A stretch of 62,542 bases of DNA, counting the filler, from Chiloscyllium plagiosum (taxonomy: Eukaryota): assembly GCF_004010195.1 (NCBI RefSeq). It is 4 parts of one record of this genome, joined end to end, with 100 filler letters (N's around TTAATTAATTAA, not from the genome) between each part and the next. Parts side by side here need not be neighbours in the genome. Positions count along the whole stretch, not along the records: positions 11,658 to 26,445 come from NC_057711.1; 3 more parts are not named here. One strand, 5' to 3'. Below the pieces are notes generated by a model. That model was not told the origin of the DNA and did not search any database. It worked only from the letters and a program-made list of their open reading frames with translations. Every line of letters starts with the position of its first letter. Positions within the stretch are counted from its first letter, which is position 1. Positions 11,914 to 25,139 of the stretch are shown here, in pieces. Both the position numbers and the translations under genes were made by a program.

Positions 11914-12830
11914 TCACAGCTTGCTCTAAAGGACACTCGGCACCAACATCTCAGGACACAATCCATGGGTACTCACACACACCCCACATCAGCATACATT
12001 GGCATCTGACATACGCCAGTGTTTAAGACCCCACATGGCACATCTCCAGTCCACGTCCACCAGACCTCTGCCCTTCAATGCTGGCCTGGTAACTGTGACT
12101 GTTGCAGCAAAGACAGTGTGTGCTTAGGGATATCTACTGCACCCCCCCCCCCCCCACCACGCAGCCCAGGGACCACACCAGAATGCAGTTCCAAACTATT
12201 TGCTAGCTGTCATTGTGCTCACTCACTCTGAGCCTTCCTGGGTGTTCCCAGCATCCCTGCCTTGCCTTTCTGCAATTTGCCCCCTCACCCAGAGATGCTG
12301 GTCCGTCAGCGCTGCTGCCTTGCCATATTGTGCAGCACAGACACAAAAAGCATGTCATTGTTGTCAGCACGCCTCACTCACCTAAAAGGAGGTAACTGTG
12401 GGTCACCGAATCCCAGCACACCCTCCTCTCTCATTCCCGGGAATTGGATACGGTCAGCACTCGGAGCGCTCAGGGTCTCGGTGCTCTCCACATAAAGGGG
12501 TGAGAAGCTGAATGTCAGGTAGGTCACCCTGTCTCTTTGTGTCCTATTAGGAGCTGGTTTCTTCCTGGAATAAGTGCAAGGCAGGTATTGTGGGGGATGA
12601 AAATGGGTAGCACAGCTGTTATTGTTGGTGTAGGTGGGCAGGTGTGTGAATAGATAATGCAGACGGCACGCAGGGTTAATGCTGCTAAGGGTCAGGGTGG
12701 CTGAGATAGAGTGAGGGAAGATGTTGCAGGCAATACTGAGAGACTGGTAGAGCCTGGGATAGTAGTGAAGGTGGTATAATAGTAGAGATAAAGTGTGAGG
12801 TATCAGAGAGAAGATGGTGGTATTAATGCT

Positions 12831-13000
12831 GGCAGAGTGGAGCAGGTGATTGACCTCCTTCCTACAGTACTGGGCATTCCCCCAGATGGCTGAGACTGCA
12901 CTGACCCAGGTGGCAACCTCAGACCAGGCTAGTGTCATGGCCTGCTCTGATGGTCCCAGGATAAGAGGGCATCCTGTTGCAAACCTTCGAGTCCCTGTTT
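12831..13000 (-). mobile_element. PIF/Harbinger Myb/SANT-like ORF relic
   Basis: QDALL.WD..SRP then AWSEVATWVSAVSAIWGNAQYCRKEVNHLLHSA fits the Myb_DNA-bind_5 pattern W.EVA..V.A....R...QC.KK..DL. Confidence 0.65.
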
Positions 13001-13837
13001 ATCCAGTTTTAAAGATGGTGCAGAGGCTAGGGATGTTGATCCATTCCAGGATATTGCTGAGTAGTGAGATGTTCCAGGACAGAGCTAGAATCAGAAAGGG
13101 ACATCATGGAGAGATGGCAGTGGTGATGTTGGTGATGAGTTTTGTAAGATATTGCGAGAAAAACCATTCCACCTTGCAGCAAAAAAACACACTTCAACAA
13201 CTCCACATGACTTGCACTTGGCGAAAAAAAATGTAAGATCCAACAAGAAAAAGGTGAGTAATAAAGTAGTCTACTCCTGTTGTCTGATAGAAAGGTTAAA
13301 TGACATAAGATCAGATGAGTGAGGGCTAAGAGCTGTTCACATTCCCACCCAAACCCAAAAACATTTCGGTCTATTGTTTGTGAACAATCTCTCTGACAGG
13401 CAATAAAATACTCAGCGACCCTGCTCTCACTGCCTTTTGATGAAGATAATTCTGAGGACTGTGAGTAAGAATTCTTCCTTCTCTCTGTCTTCAATGGGCA
13501 ACTCCTAACTTTTATAGAATGACCCCTAAATATAGATCCTTACACAAGCTTAAACATCATTTCCACATCATACTGTCAAGACCCCTTAAGGTCTCATCTG
13601 TTTCAATCAAGTGTTATAATGACAGGTCAGACCGCAAAATACAAAGGATACTAAAGCCCAAAAAGTGTTTTTTTCAGAAAAGGATTGCCACAATGAGACA
13701 AGGTCACCTGAGGAAGAAAAACAATCAAAGTGCAACAATGCAAATGAATACCAAAAGGTGTTCCAGAAACTTTAGCAGAATGGACTGTAGCCTCTGATGA
13801 CTGGCATGGTAACAAAAGGTTGATGACTCCCCTGTAG

Positions 13838-14643
13838 GTTATGTCCCAAACTGCAGACACATTGTGTGTTTTTACTTTTGAAGAATGAACAAGTAAGGGA
13901 TTAAAAAACCAACTCTACTGAGATAGGCTGCTGGGATTGAACCCTCTCGTGTGCCAGTCTGGGTTTGAGCATTAGCATGCACTGTGAAGGTCACAGGTGA
14001 GGAACTATCCCCTGGTTTTCAGGTAAAGACCCTCTCTAACTCTGAGTGCTGCAACTTCATTGAAAAATAAACTTGACAATAAAGAACCCTCTCCCATCCT
14101 GAATTCAGTCATGGTCAAAAAGCATCCAAACTAAAGAATCTCAACTGATCTGCAAAACCAAAGACCATGAAGCTGATTGTTCATTTCCCAACACCTATAC
14201 TCCCAGTAACCTCTCCCACACTGGCTGCAACTTCCAGCCAGCTGCTCTTCGTGAAAGACTGGGCGGTGTATGTCGGGTTTTATTTCAGGGATAATTGTCA
14301 TTTTTGACTCAGCTCTTATTTCTAATCCCATCTAATCTAATGTGTGTTGTTTTACATTTTTTTCTCATGTTTACTAATTAATGAATTCACTCCTTTCATT
14401 AATTCAAATCATCCTGGTTAAATTGACACCTTTTAAAATATAATTTCATTTGAATCTGGAGGAACATATCCACATGGGAAGGGTGCATTTTTAAATTAAA
14501 CTTGTTGCAGCCAACTGAGGTGGTTGGTGAGTAAAGGTGGAGGGAGCCAATTCTTCTCTATTCACCAGGGAGCTTTACAGTTTGGGGTTTCCCATCTGGA
14601 TGAAGAACAAATTGGAGAACCACACTTCGGGTCTGGTCATAAC
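13838..14643. mobile_element. Possible degenerate solo LTR
   Basis: Termini GTTATG...CATAAC, about 800 bp; no TSD found. Confidence 0.3.
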
Positions 14644-14913
14644 GCCTTTTAGTTTTCTAAATGTAGCAGTTATAAACCTAGTCTGTCAGACCTTTCCTTA
14701 AAAAACATCTACCATTCTAGTTATCAATATAGTAACCTTTCTCTAAACTGCTTCTAATACATTTACTCACTTCTTTATATCAGGAAACCATTACTAAAAA
14801 GGTGGTCTCACCAATGCCTTGCAAACTGTCATTGAGTAAGGAAGAAGCTTATGGTGTAGGGTAACATATTAACATGGGGAGAAGATTGGCTGGCTGGTAG
14901 AAAACGGACAACA

Positions 14914-15125
14914 CACATAAGTGGGTCTGTGTCTGATTGGCAGGGTGTGACCACTGGGGTCCTACACATAAGTGGGTCTGTGTCTGATTGGCAGGGTGTG
15001 ACCACTGGAGTCCTACACATAAGTGGGTCTGTGTCAGATTGGCAGGGTGTGACCACTGGGGTCCTACAAGGGTCTGTGTCTAATTGGCAGAGTGTGACCA
15101 CTGGGGTCCTACAGGGGTCTGTGCA
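14914..15125. repeat. Minisatellite, 3 x 51 bp plus partial units, derived from CR1 RT
   Basis: Unit CACATAAGTGGGTCTGTGTCTGATTGGCAGGGTGTGACCACTGGGGTCCTA. Confidence 0.9.
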
Positions 15126-15407
15126 GGGCCCTAGGTTTTCACAACTTATTTCAATGACTTAGAGAAAGGGAGGAATGGCATCAATAGCAACATTTGTAGG
15201 TGATACAAAGCTAGGTGGGAAAAGATATTACAGAAAGGACATTGGAAGGATGCAGAGAAATATAGATTGGTTGAGTGAGTGGCCAAAAATCTGGCAAATA
15301 AAGTATAATGTGGGAAAATGTTAGCTTTGGTAGGAAGAAAAAAATGCAGAATATTATTTAAACTGAGAGTTACTGCAATGACTGCAGAATTCTGAGGTTC
15401 TTTTTAT

Positions 15408-15753
15408 TCAGTCACAGGATGAGGGTGTTGCTGGCTAGGCCAGCATTTACTGCCCATCCCTAATTGCCCAGAAGGCATTCAAGAGTCAACCACACGGCTG
15501 TGGGTCTGCAGTCGCATGTGGCCAGACCAGGTAAAGATGGCGGTTTCCTTCCCTGAAGGACATTGGTGAACCAGGTGAGTTCTTCCAACAATTGACGATG
15601 GGTTCATGGTCATCATTAGACTTTTAATTCCAGATTTTTATTGAATTCAAATTCCACTATCTGCCCTGGCGGAATTTGAACCCTGGTGCCCAGAACATGA
15701 CCTGGGTCTCTGGATTAACAGTCCAGTGATAATACCACTAGGTCATCGCCTCC
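15408..15753 (-). mobile_element. tRNA-derived SINE with L2-like 3' tail
   Basis: Minus strand GGGAGGCGATGACCTAGTGGTATTATC head, GGGTTCAAATTCC B-box, GGGCAATTAGGGATGGGCAGTAAATGCTGG tail. Confidence 0.75.
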
Positions 15754-16111
15754 CTGTTACAGGTGAATTTAGATGTTTTAATGCATGTGTTATAAAAGTT
15801 AATATGCAAATGAAGCAAATATTAAGAAGGTAAAAGACAAATTGGGTGTTTTTTTATTACAAGAGGAACTGTGCATAAAAATAAGAATGTTATGCTTCAG
15901 TCATACAGGAATTTGGGAAGACCACATCTCAAATCTGAATCGATGCAGTTTTGGTTTCCTTAGTTAAGGAAGAACGTGAATACATTGTCGGTGGTTCAGA
16001 GGAGGTTTCCTGTATTGATGCCTGGATTGAACATCTCATGAGGAACATCTCATCAAGCTTGTTTCCATTGAATTTCAGCACAATGAGGGGCCACTTGATT
16101 GAAGTGTATAA

Positions 16112-16346
16112 TAGTGGTTAGCACTGCTGTCTCATAGCACCAGGGACCCTGGATCAATTCCAGCCCCAGGGAACTGCTGCTTGAGTATGTGCAGGGTTCC
16201 ATCGGGCCATCTGGTTTCCTCCCACAATCCAAAGATGTGCAGGCTAGATGGATTGGCCATGCTAAATTGCCCATAATATCCAGAGAGTCAGTGTCGACTC
16301 AGTTGGACTGAAGGCCTTTTCCTGCACTGTAGCGATTCTATGATTC
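16112..16346 (+). mobile_element. HE1-type SINE, internally deleted
   Basis: AGTGGTTAGCACTGCTG..GGTTTCCTCCCACAATCCAAAGATGTGCAGG. Confidence 0.8.
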
Positions 16347-16732
16347 CAAGTGAACATGGAAACAATGTTTCCCCTCGTGACTGAGTCCCCAACAGCAGAG
16401 CCCTGTTCTAACATTAGCGGTCACCTCTTCGGACAGAGCAGGAGAAATATATTTTCTCTTAGAGGGTTGTACAATGTTGGAACTCTCTGCCTTGGGATAT
16501 GGTGGAGACAGGGTCACTGAATATTTTTAAGATGAAGGTATAGGGATTATTTTTGGCAAAGAAATCAAAGATTATCAAGACTAAAAGTCAACCTGGAATT
16601 CAAAACACAAACCGATCAGCCATGTTCTCATTGAAAGGTGGAGTAGGTTCAAAGGTCTGAATGACCTTCCACTGCTCATATCCGACTAAAGTAGAACCTC
16701 TCTACGTTTGTATTAAATCTCCCATAATAATT

Positions 16733-17010
16733 GTGATTTGGAGGTGCTGGTGTTGGACTGGGGTGGACAAAGTTAAAAGGCACAGAACGCCAGATTATAG
16801 GGGAAAGTGAGGACTGCAGAAGCTGGAGATCAGAGTTGAGAGTGTGGTGCTTGAAAAGCGCAGCAGGTCAGGCAGCATCCAAGGAGCAGGAGAATCGACC
16901 TTTTGGGCAGAAGCCCCTCATCAGGAAAGGTGAAGGAGTAGAGCTCCGAAAGCTAGTGCTTCCAAATAAACCTGCTGGACTGTAACCTGGCGTTGTGTGA
17001 TTTTTCACCT
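16733..17010. mobile_element. Chimeric PLE termini: a family B segment between family A fold-back arms
   Basis: Family A arm 16733-16800, family B (-) 16801-16925, family A arm 16930-17010. Confidence 0.75.
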
Positions 17011-20000
17011 CAGTAATTGATAATATTTTATCAGCTTTCCTAGTTCCATGCTGGTCTTGCACACTCACCTTTTACTATTCATATACAATGAACCCAGGTC
17101 CTTCTACATCTCAGACCTATGCAATCTTACCCCATTTAATTAATTCGTAGATTTCAAATTTTCTCATTCAATTTGCTAAATCTTTGCCCTGTCTATATCC
17201 CTTTGTAGTCTCCTTATGTCCTTTTCACAATATACTTTCTAAGTTCTCTTTGTGACATCTGAAAATTTAGCAACTTACACATTCCATGCTGTAATGGAGA
17301 CATTGGAGAAGTTGTGACAGACAATGGTATGGAAAGGTTGATCTGGAATATTATAAAAAACAGGATTACTAAAAGAAATCTGTGTAGGACAGAAGGACTC
17401 TGGCTAAAACTAGAAACTGTGATCAGGAAGGTCCCATTCACAGAGAACAATCAATATGTAGGGACAAATCTCAAGGCAGAATGGGGAAGGCAAAAATACT
17501 GCAAGGCAAATGATCATACTGCACTTTATTAAAATTTCATTTGGGGGTGTCGTGGAAAGTTACTATTTATTCTTCCTCAGTAGCATTGGGATATGGAGAT
17601 TGTTTAAGGGCCAAGCCTGTTTTAAAATGAAAGAAGATGAAATATTTCCTCTGGGCAATTGGAAAAATAAATGTGCTTCAGATTTTCCAAACTATATTGT
17701 AGAGGAATCTTTCGTCCAAAATATCTATAGTTTCCAAAAAAGCAGATGAACTGGTCTAAACATTTAAAGTATAACGAGAGACTGCAATTTGACAGATGAA
17801 TAACAAGTGCTGCTTAATATTATGAAATGTAAAATAACACATATTGATATTCAAATAACAAAAAAGGTTAATCAGCAAGTAAAGGAAGTTTGCAAAACAT
17901 TGGAAATGTCATCATTGTGCCATTGTTTCATGATGATACAATAAAATTGCAGTTTAATTACATTGATTCTAGGGTTTTTATCAAAGTTTAAGAATACCAT
18001 CCAACGATTTAGAGGAATCAGAAAAGCACCGTGAGAATGAGTATATGAAGAGACATTAGTCTGCAAAGCAAGGAGGTTGGATGAATCTACTTCTGTTGAA
18101 GAAGAGTTTTGGGGGGAGACATTTCAAAAAGTTTTCTTTTGTGCAAAGCTGCATCGGGAAAGCCAAACTTTTGACTTCACGCTAAGAAACCCAGAACCTA
18201 AATTTGACAGATTATCAGTGGCCAGATTTTTTGAAATTGTCAGTACACCTTGTGTGTTGATTGTGGTGAAGAAAATAAATTTGTATTGCACACGATGAAA
18301 GCAAGACCAAACCTTTTATGCTTTTGATTACTGTATATGCATTCAAATAATTGTTTGTTAGTACAGAACTTAACCATTGCTTAAAAGAAATATAAGTTCT
18401 CAAAATGTTTTGATTTCTTGTCTCTTTTAATAATGTTTAAGTATAGATTGAATCACCGGGCTCCTTGAAGTGACAATCTATTGTGCCACAAGCGCCGTTC
18501 AATAAAATGTATGATTGGTTCATGAAAACATGCATTATCGAGAAATTTTGATTTAACAATGTTCAAAAACAATCCAAATGACAAGAAGAGCAGCAAGGAC
18601 AAACATCATGGACAAAACTTTGAAAATAATAAACAACAAAGAAGTGAAGGAACAGAAATTAATGAGGACCAATCCTAACTGAACTGATCGAGATTTGTTT
18701 GAAAGAGGAGATAGGCTCAGAGTTACCCATGGAACCAATAGAGTTTAGGTACCTTCTAAACTAGAGACTGCTTTTGGACAAAGTGACACTTGCAAGAAAA
18801 ACTCTGAATGATCTCATTCCTCAAAGGCAAGGAAGGCTTTATTATTAGAATAATAATGAGCAATAACATATTTTACAGAGAAAATGGTGTGATTAAGAAT
18901 AGGAAGAAAACTGAAAAAAGCTGATGAGTAAGGAAATAAGAAAGTAGAAAGAGTAATGAAGACACTAAGTTTTGATGTTTTACTAACAGATTTATTAGAG
19001 ATACGTTGCACAAATTTTGCTGTTAAGTTCTTAAATTTGTCTGTGTGATTACTGTATCATGGAAATAGAAGACAGATGTATGAGAGTTACTGAAAAAATG
19101 AGATTTATAAAGAAAAAATGTTTACAAAATAGGTCAGTAATGATCTGGAACACTATAGAAGTCAGCTATCCAGTTACTTCTTTCATGTCAGTCCTTCATA
19201 CGGTTCTGAGTGCTCACATACTGTTCTTCACGGATGTAAAGAACACCAAAGAATGCAACAATGAACAAAGACAAGTCTTGTGCAGCAACTTAAAAGAGCT
19301 ACAATATGAGGATCAGTAGCCATGTAGAACATGTTTTGTTCTTATCTTGTGCTACTGGTCTCATGCTCAATTGTTGTACTTGGCAAGCTTTATATATTAG
19401 TCAAGCATGAGACTGGTACCATACATCAAGAATAGGCTTGCTGTGCATGGATATCAAATATTCTGTTTGTTGTAGGCGCTTTTCAAATTAACAACTCATA
19501 TCTTATTAATTTGCTGTTCTTAATAAAGTAATATATTCAATTTTGCATTTGTTTTTATTTAAAATTTTATGGGTGGATTTTCTGTTATTGCAAGCAGAAT
19601 AATATTGCATGTTTCTCCTCATGTAACGTTTATTTCCCGGTCAAATTCCTTTCACTCATGTGTCTTTCCCTCTTAATATGATTCTTAAACATTTTCTCTC
19701 ATTGGATATATTTCTGCATATTTGTCACTGCTTTTCTCCTGTTTATCTATTTTTCTGTCTGCTGTCCTTTTAGTATGTAAAATTATTGACCTCTGTGTGT
19801 GTGAGGTATTTTTTGTCTCTCTTTTTCTTAAAATTCAAGAGACAGAAATATCCTGCAGCATCTTTTAATCCAGAGACTTAAAATATAACAGAACCTCAGC
19901 AAAATTTAAAGTTCATTGGGACCTCACACCTTTTGAAAACATTTTGAAAGGACATTGTCAAAAGCAAATTTTCTTCTTTCCAATTTCTTCCCCATGTCTT

Positions 20001-20633
20001 AAGATCTCTAATTGTGTTACTATCATCAAACCACATGCTAATCTTCAAGAATTCCACTTGTGCATTAAGTATTTGTTTGGAATAGCCTGGCATGATTGAA
20101 GTTATTGTTAGCTGAATGAGTATGAGGAACTATTCCTTTTGGCAAGTTAAAGCTGCCACGTTGTAACACATTATTACAATGTGTAATCGGCATTGTTGTT
20201 TTTTAGAAGTTTTCAAAGGGTTCAATGAGGCAAGCAGACCAAAAGAGGTTTTCACAGCGCGAACGTTTTGAAGAAAGTTGCTAATCACCTTCCTTGTTTC
20301 ATACCTGGAAAATCAAATAAATCAATAAATTTCAGGCACACCCAGATTTCAGAGTCATGAAATAACTGATGTGAAATCTTCTCCCAATGCAGTCATTTTA
20401 AGTGTCTTACATCTCTCTCACTCTTCTATCCAAAGAAAGCTATTTTTACTCTAACTGCTCAGTACCATCCGTCTTTACAATCTTCAATTACCTCATTGTT
20501 ATGCTTTATGAAAAACTCCTTCCCCTTCCCAATCCTTCCCCTCCCTATTTTGAATAAGGTAAATACGCACTACATTTTTTCACACAGCATTCCACGGCCA
20601 AGAAATTAATCAGTCTGAGCACAATAGTTGTTA

Positions 20634-20935
20634 GAATCATAGAATCCCTACAGTGCAGAAAGAGACTATTTAGCTCATCAAGTCTGCACTGACGTTTGAA
20701 CAGTATCCCACCTAATCTCAGAACCCCACATTTCCCATAGCTAATCCACTTACATTGGACACTATGGGAAATTTAGCATGGCCAATCTACCTAACCTGCA
20801 CATCTTGGATTGTGGGAGGAAACCCACACATTCACGGGGAGAATGTGCAAACTCCACATGGACAGTCGCCCGAGGCTGGAATCAAATCTGGGTCCCTGGT
20901 GCTATGAGGCAGCAGTGCTAACCACTGAGCCACCG
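20634..20935 (-). mobile_element. HE1-type SINE
   Basis: Reverse complement of the HE1 head and V-domain. Confidence 0.85.
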
Positions 20936-22665
20936 TTAGAGCAACATTCCCAGGAGTGGCACGTGCACACCCACAGCGGTAATGGGAAATAGCAGAGGAC
21001 AGTTTTGATCCATTGACCGCTGGGCTATGGGGCCAGTACACTCTGTGTCACACTTCTACCCTATAACTTGCTCCCACAAACACAAATGGGTCAAGACTAA
21101 GGTATTGTGTATCAATATCAATATTGTAATACATAATTGCTCATTTTCTTTTCACATTAGACAAGATTTAACAAAGTGAGTAATTTTGACATTAAAAATA
21201 AGCCTGATTGTAGAATATGCTTTATAAACTCAGTCTACCTGTCCTGCCACTTTTAATGAGTTATGCAGCTATTTTCTGCTGCTGCACCTCCCCTAGAATC
21301 TCTATTATATACTGCCTCTCCATGTCCTTTACACCAAACTGTATCACTTCACACCATTCCACAGTGAACCTCAACTGCCCCAGTCACTAAATTATCAATC
21401 TGCTTGTGAAGTTCTATACTGTTCTGAATTAATTGAATGGAATTGAATTTATTGTCATGTGTACCGAGGCACAGTGAAAAGCTTTGTCTTGCGAGCAATA
21501 CCGGCAGATTACAGAGTTAAGTAGCACAGGTAGTAAATAATAGGCAAATAGCGGCAAAAACAAAAACACAGGTACAGGCGAATATTAAGTGTTTGTGAGT
21601 CCATTCAGTATTCTAACAACAGTAGGATAGAAACTGTCACAAAACAGGCTGGTGCATGTGTTCAGGCTTCTGTACCTTCTCCCCGATGGTAAAGGTTGTA
21701 GAAAAACATTGCCAGGGTGGGATGGATCTTTGAGAATGCTGGCGGCCTTTCCTTGACAGCGGGCCTGGTAGATGGATTCTATAGATGGGAGGTTGGCCTT
21801 TGTTATTGTCCAGGCCGAGTTCACTGCTCTCTGTAACCGTCTCCGATCTTGTATAGTACAGTTGCCATACCAGGTAGTGATACACCCAGACAGAATGCTC
21901 TCGATGGCGCACCTATAAAAGTTGGCACGGTATTCACCGTCATGCCAAATTTCCTCAGCTGCCTGAGGAAGAAGAGACGTTGTTGGGCCTTTGTAACCAG
22001 TGCATCCACATGAAGAGTCCAGGAAAGCTTGTTGTGGATGACCACTCCCAGGAGCTTGACACTCTCCACCCGTTCCATCTCTGTGCTGTTAATGTGTAGG
22101 AAGGGCATGAGTAACACCCCGCCGAAAGTCAATGATGAGTTCCTTGGTTTTGCCAGCATTGAGAGCTCGGTCGTTCTCAGTGCACCATTTTTCCAGGTCT
22201 TCCACCTCCCGTCGCCATCTGAGATTCGACCGACTATGGTGGTGTCATCAGCGAACTTGTAAATGCCATTAGTCTGGTATTTGGCAACGCAGTCATGGGT
22301 ATACAGTGAGTACTGTAGGGGGCTGAGTACACACCCCTGTGGGGCTCCAGTGTTGAGTGTTAGTGATGATGAAATATTGCCCCAATCTTCACTGATTGAT
22401 GTCCGTGGGTCAGGAAACTGAGGATCCAGTTGCAGAGAGTGGGGCTTAGTCTGAGATCACTAAGTTTAGTAATCAGTCTCGAGGGATAATTGTGTTGAAG
22501 GCTGCACTGTAGTCAACGAGTAGGATTCTTACATTGCTGTTCTTGGTGTCAAGATGTTCTAGGGAGGAGTGACGGGCAAGTGATATGGCATCAAACATGG
22601 ATCTGTTGTTCTGATAAGCACATTGGAGTGGGTCAAGAATAGTGGGGTGGTTGGAGTTGATTAAT

Positions 22666-22769
22666 TCCTCATTCCTGATGAAGGACCTTTGCTCAAAACA
22701 TTAATTTTCCTGCTCCTCAGATGCTGCCTGACCTATTGTGCTTTTCCAGCACCACTTTAATCTTGACTC
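22666..22769 (+). mobile_element. Short PLE terminal fragment (family B) with 14-bp TSD
   Basis: TSD TGGAGTTGATTAAT at 22652-22665 and 22770-22783. Confidence 0.85.
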
Positions 22770-23076
22770 TGGAGTTGATTAATGCAATGACCAGCCTTTC
22801 AAAGCACTTCATGACCTCCGAAGTTAGGGTCACTGGGTGGCAGTCACTGAGACATGCTGCATGAGCCTTCTTAAGCACAGGGATGATGTTGGCCTCTTGA
22901 AACAGGCAGGACAGTGGCCTGCTGCAGGGAGAGGTTGAAGATGTCCGAGAAGCCTTTGCCAGTTTATCTGCACATGCTCTGAGTGCACGGCCTGGTACTC
23001 CGGTCCCATCGCTTTCTTTGGATTCACACGAAGGAAAACCAATCTGACCTCTGATGCAGTGACAGTTGAGATAGGT

Positions 23077-23445
23077 TAGAACATAGAACATAGAACATAG
23101 AACATAGAAGAATACAGCGCAGTACAGGCCCTTTGGCCCTCGATGTTGCGCCGATCCAAGCCCACCTAACCTACACTAGCCCACTATCCTCCATATGCCT
23201 ATACAATGCCCGTTTAAATGCCCATAAAGAGGGAGAGTCCACCACTGCTACTGAACATAGAGAACATAGAACAATACAGCACAGAACAGGCCCTTCGGCC
23301 CACGATGTTGTGCCGAACATTTGTCCTAGCTTAAGCACCCATCCATGTACCTATCCAATTGCCACTTAAAGTTCGCCAATGATTCTGACTCTGCCACTCC
23401 CACAGGCAGCGCATTCCATGAACTCACGACTCGCTGAGTAAAGAA
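23077..23445 (-). mobile_element. Two stacked CR1 3' ends
   Basis: (GAACATA)n tails at 23077 and 23253. Confidence 0.85.
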
Positions 23446-23899
23446 CATCTGTAGAGAAAGAGTTAGTGTCCAGTATGACTTATCTTCAATCATAATGGAT
23501 TCAAAATGTTAGCTTTGTTTCTCTTTCATTATATGAATGTAAGAGCCCATGAAATCCAAGGCAATGTGACATATTGGCTCCAAAGTTGGCTTAGAGGCAT
23601 GAAATAATGGGTGATGATGGAGATATTTCTCTGACTGGAAATCTGTTTCCAATGAGGTTCTGCAGGGCTTGATGTTGGGGCTCTTGCTGTTTGTGGTGAA
23701 CAGTAATGGCTTAAACTTAAATACTCAGGGTATGATAAAGAAATTCATGGACAATATAGAAATTGGTGGGGTGTTGAGGATAGGACAGCCTCCAAGGGCA
23801 GCTGAGGGCCTAATGGTATCATTTGAACAGTTCATCCACTTCACCAACACCTTCCACCCCGACCTCAAATTCACCTGGACAGTCTCAGATTCCTCCCTT

Positions 23900-24190
23900 T
23901 ACTCTTACCAAAGTGAATCACCTCACACTTAGCTACATTGAACTCCATTTGCCACCTTTCTGCCCAGTTCTGCAGCTTATCTATATCCCGCTGTAACCTG
24001 CCACATCCTTCCTCACTGTCAACAACTCCTCCGACTTTCGTATCATCCGCAAACTTGCTCACCCAACCTTCTAGCCCCTCCTCCAGGTCATTTATAAAAA
24101 TGACAAACAGCAATGGTCCCAAAACTGATCCTTCCGGAACACCGCTAGTAACGGCACTCCATGATGAACCCTTACCATCAACTACTACCA
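23900..24190 (-). mobile_element. CR1 RT fragment, preceded by a PLE RT scrap at 23822-23900 (+)
   Basis: [30 protein letters not shown]; the PLE scrap reads [18 protein letters not shown]. Confidence 0.9.
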
Positions 24191-25139
24191 TCAACAAGGT
24201 TCATCAGGACTTGTCAGAATAGCTGTTGCCTCTCCTCCAAAATTCTGTTCAAAGTGAGCATAGAAAGTGTTGAGACGATCTGGGAGGGATATGTCATTGT
24301 CTGCTATCTTGCACTGTCTTTTCTTAGAACCTGTGATGTCATTCAGTCCTTGTCATAGTCGCCTGGTGTCTGCCTGGGTCTCTAGTTTGGATCGGTATTG
24401 GTCCTTGACTGTCTTAATGGCTCTGTGAAGGTCATACTTGGATTCCTTATATTTGAGTGGGTCTCCAGATCTGAAGACCTCAGGCCTGTATTTTAGCAGG
24501 TTCTGTATATCCTGATTCATCCAGTGTTTCCTGTTGGGCAACACCCGGATTGACTCCCTTGGTATGCAGTCCTCCACACACTTGCTGATAAAGTCTGTGA
24601 CGGTGCTGGCGTACTCATCCAAGGAACCTGCAGCCTGTTTGAACACAGCCCAATCAGCCGATTCCAGACAGCACCAAAGTTGATCCTCTGCCTCCTCCGA
24701 CCAGCACTGGACCAGTATCCGTGAGGAGGGGTCTGCTGCTTGAGCTTTTGCCTGTAAGCCGGGAGAAGAAACATAGCATTGTGGTTGGAGTTCCCGAAAT
24801 GAGGGTGGGGGATGGAGCAGTAGGCATCCTTCACAGTAATGTAGCAGTGGTCTAAAATGTTTGGGCCCCTAGTGGGGCAGGTAATGTTCTCCTTAGGTAT
24901 ATAATACGCTCAAGTTTTGTGTATTCTACAAATGTTGAGGTGATCCCCTGATCAAGATCAAGATCATTCATATGTATCAGGAGATGCAAGAGTCCTAACA
25001 GCAATGTTTGGGGAATTTCTACAAACATTGGTCCCATCTGAAAAATATTCATTAACCATTACACTCAGTTTCTGATCACTCAGCGGATTTTGTTTCCGTG
25101 ATGCTTCTCACCCTTTTCTTCCATTAGCTGAAACTTTCT

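Larger units (their letters stand above)
14830..16680 (+). mobile_element. Old CR1 RT/3' region with nested SINEs
   Basis: W.EDWLAGRK..SDWQGVTTGV.QGSV.GP, then FVGDTKLGG, W..KYNVGKC and a 3' tail. Confidence 0.75.
21428..24850 (-). mobile_element. Rex1/Babar LINE in three collinear pieces (24850-24225, 23020-22770, 22665-21428) with nested insertions
   Basis: PHPHFGNSNHNAMFLLPAYRQKLK; IIPVLKK..PVTLTSEVMKCFERLV; KAQQRLFFLRQLRKFG; ILKDPSHPGN.FLQPLPSGRRYRSL; TTCAA-type tail. Confidence 0.85.
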
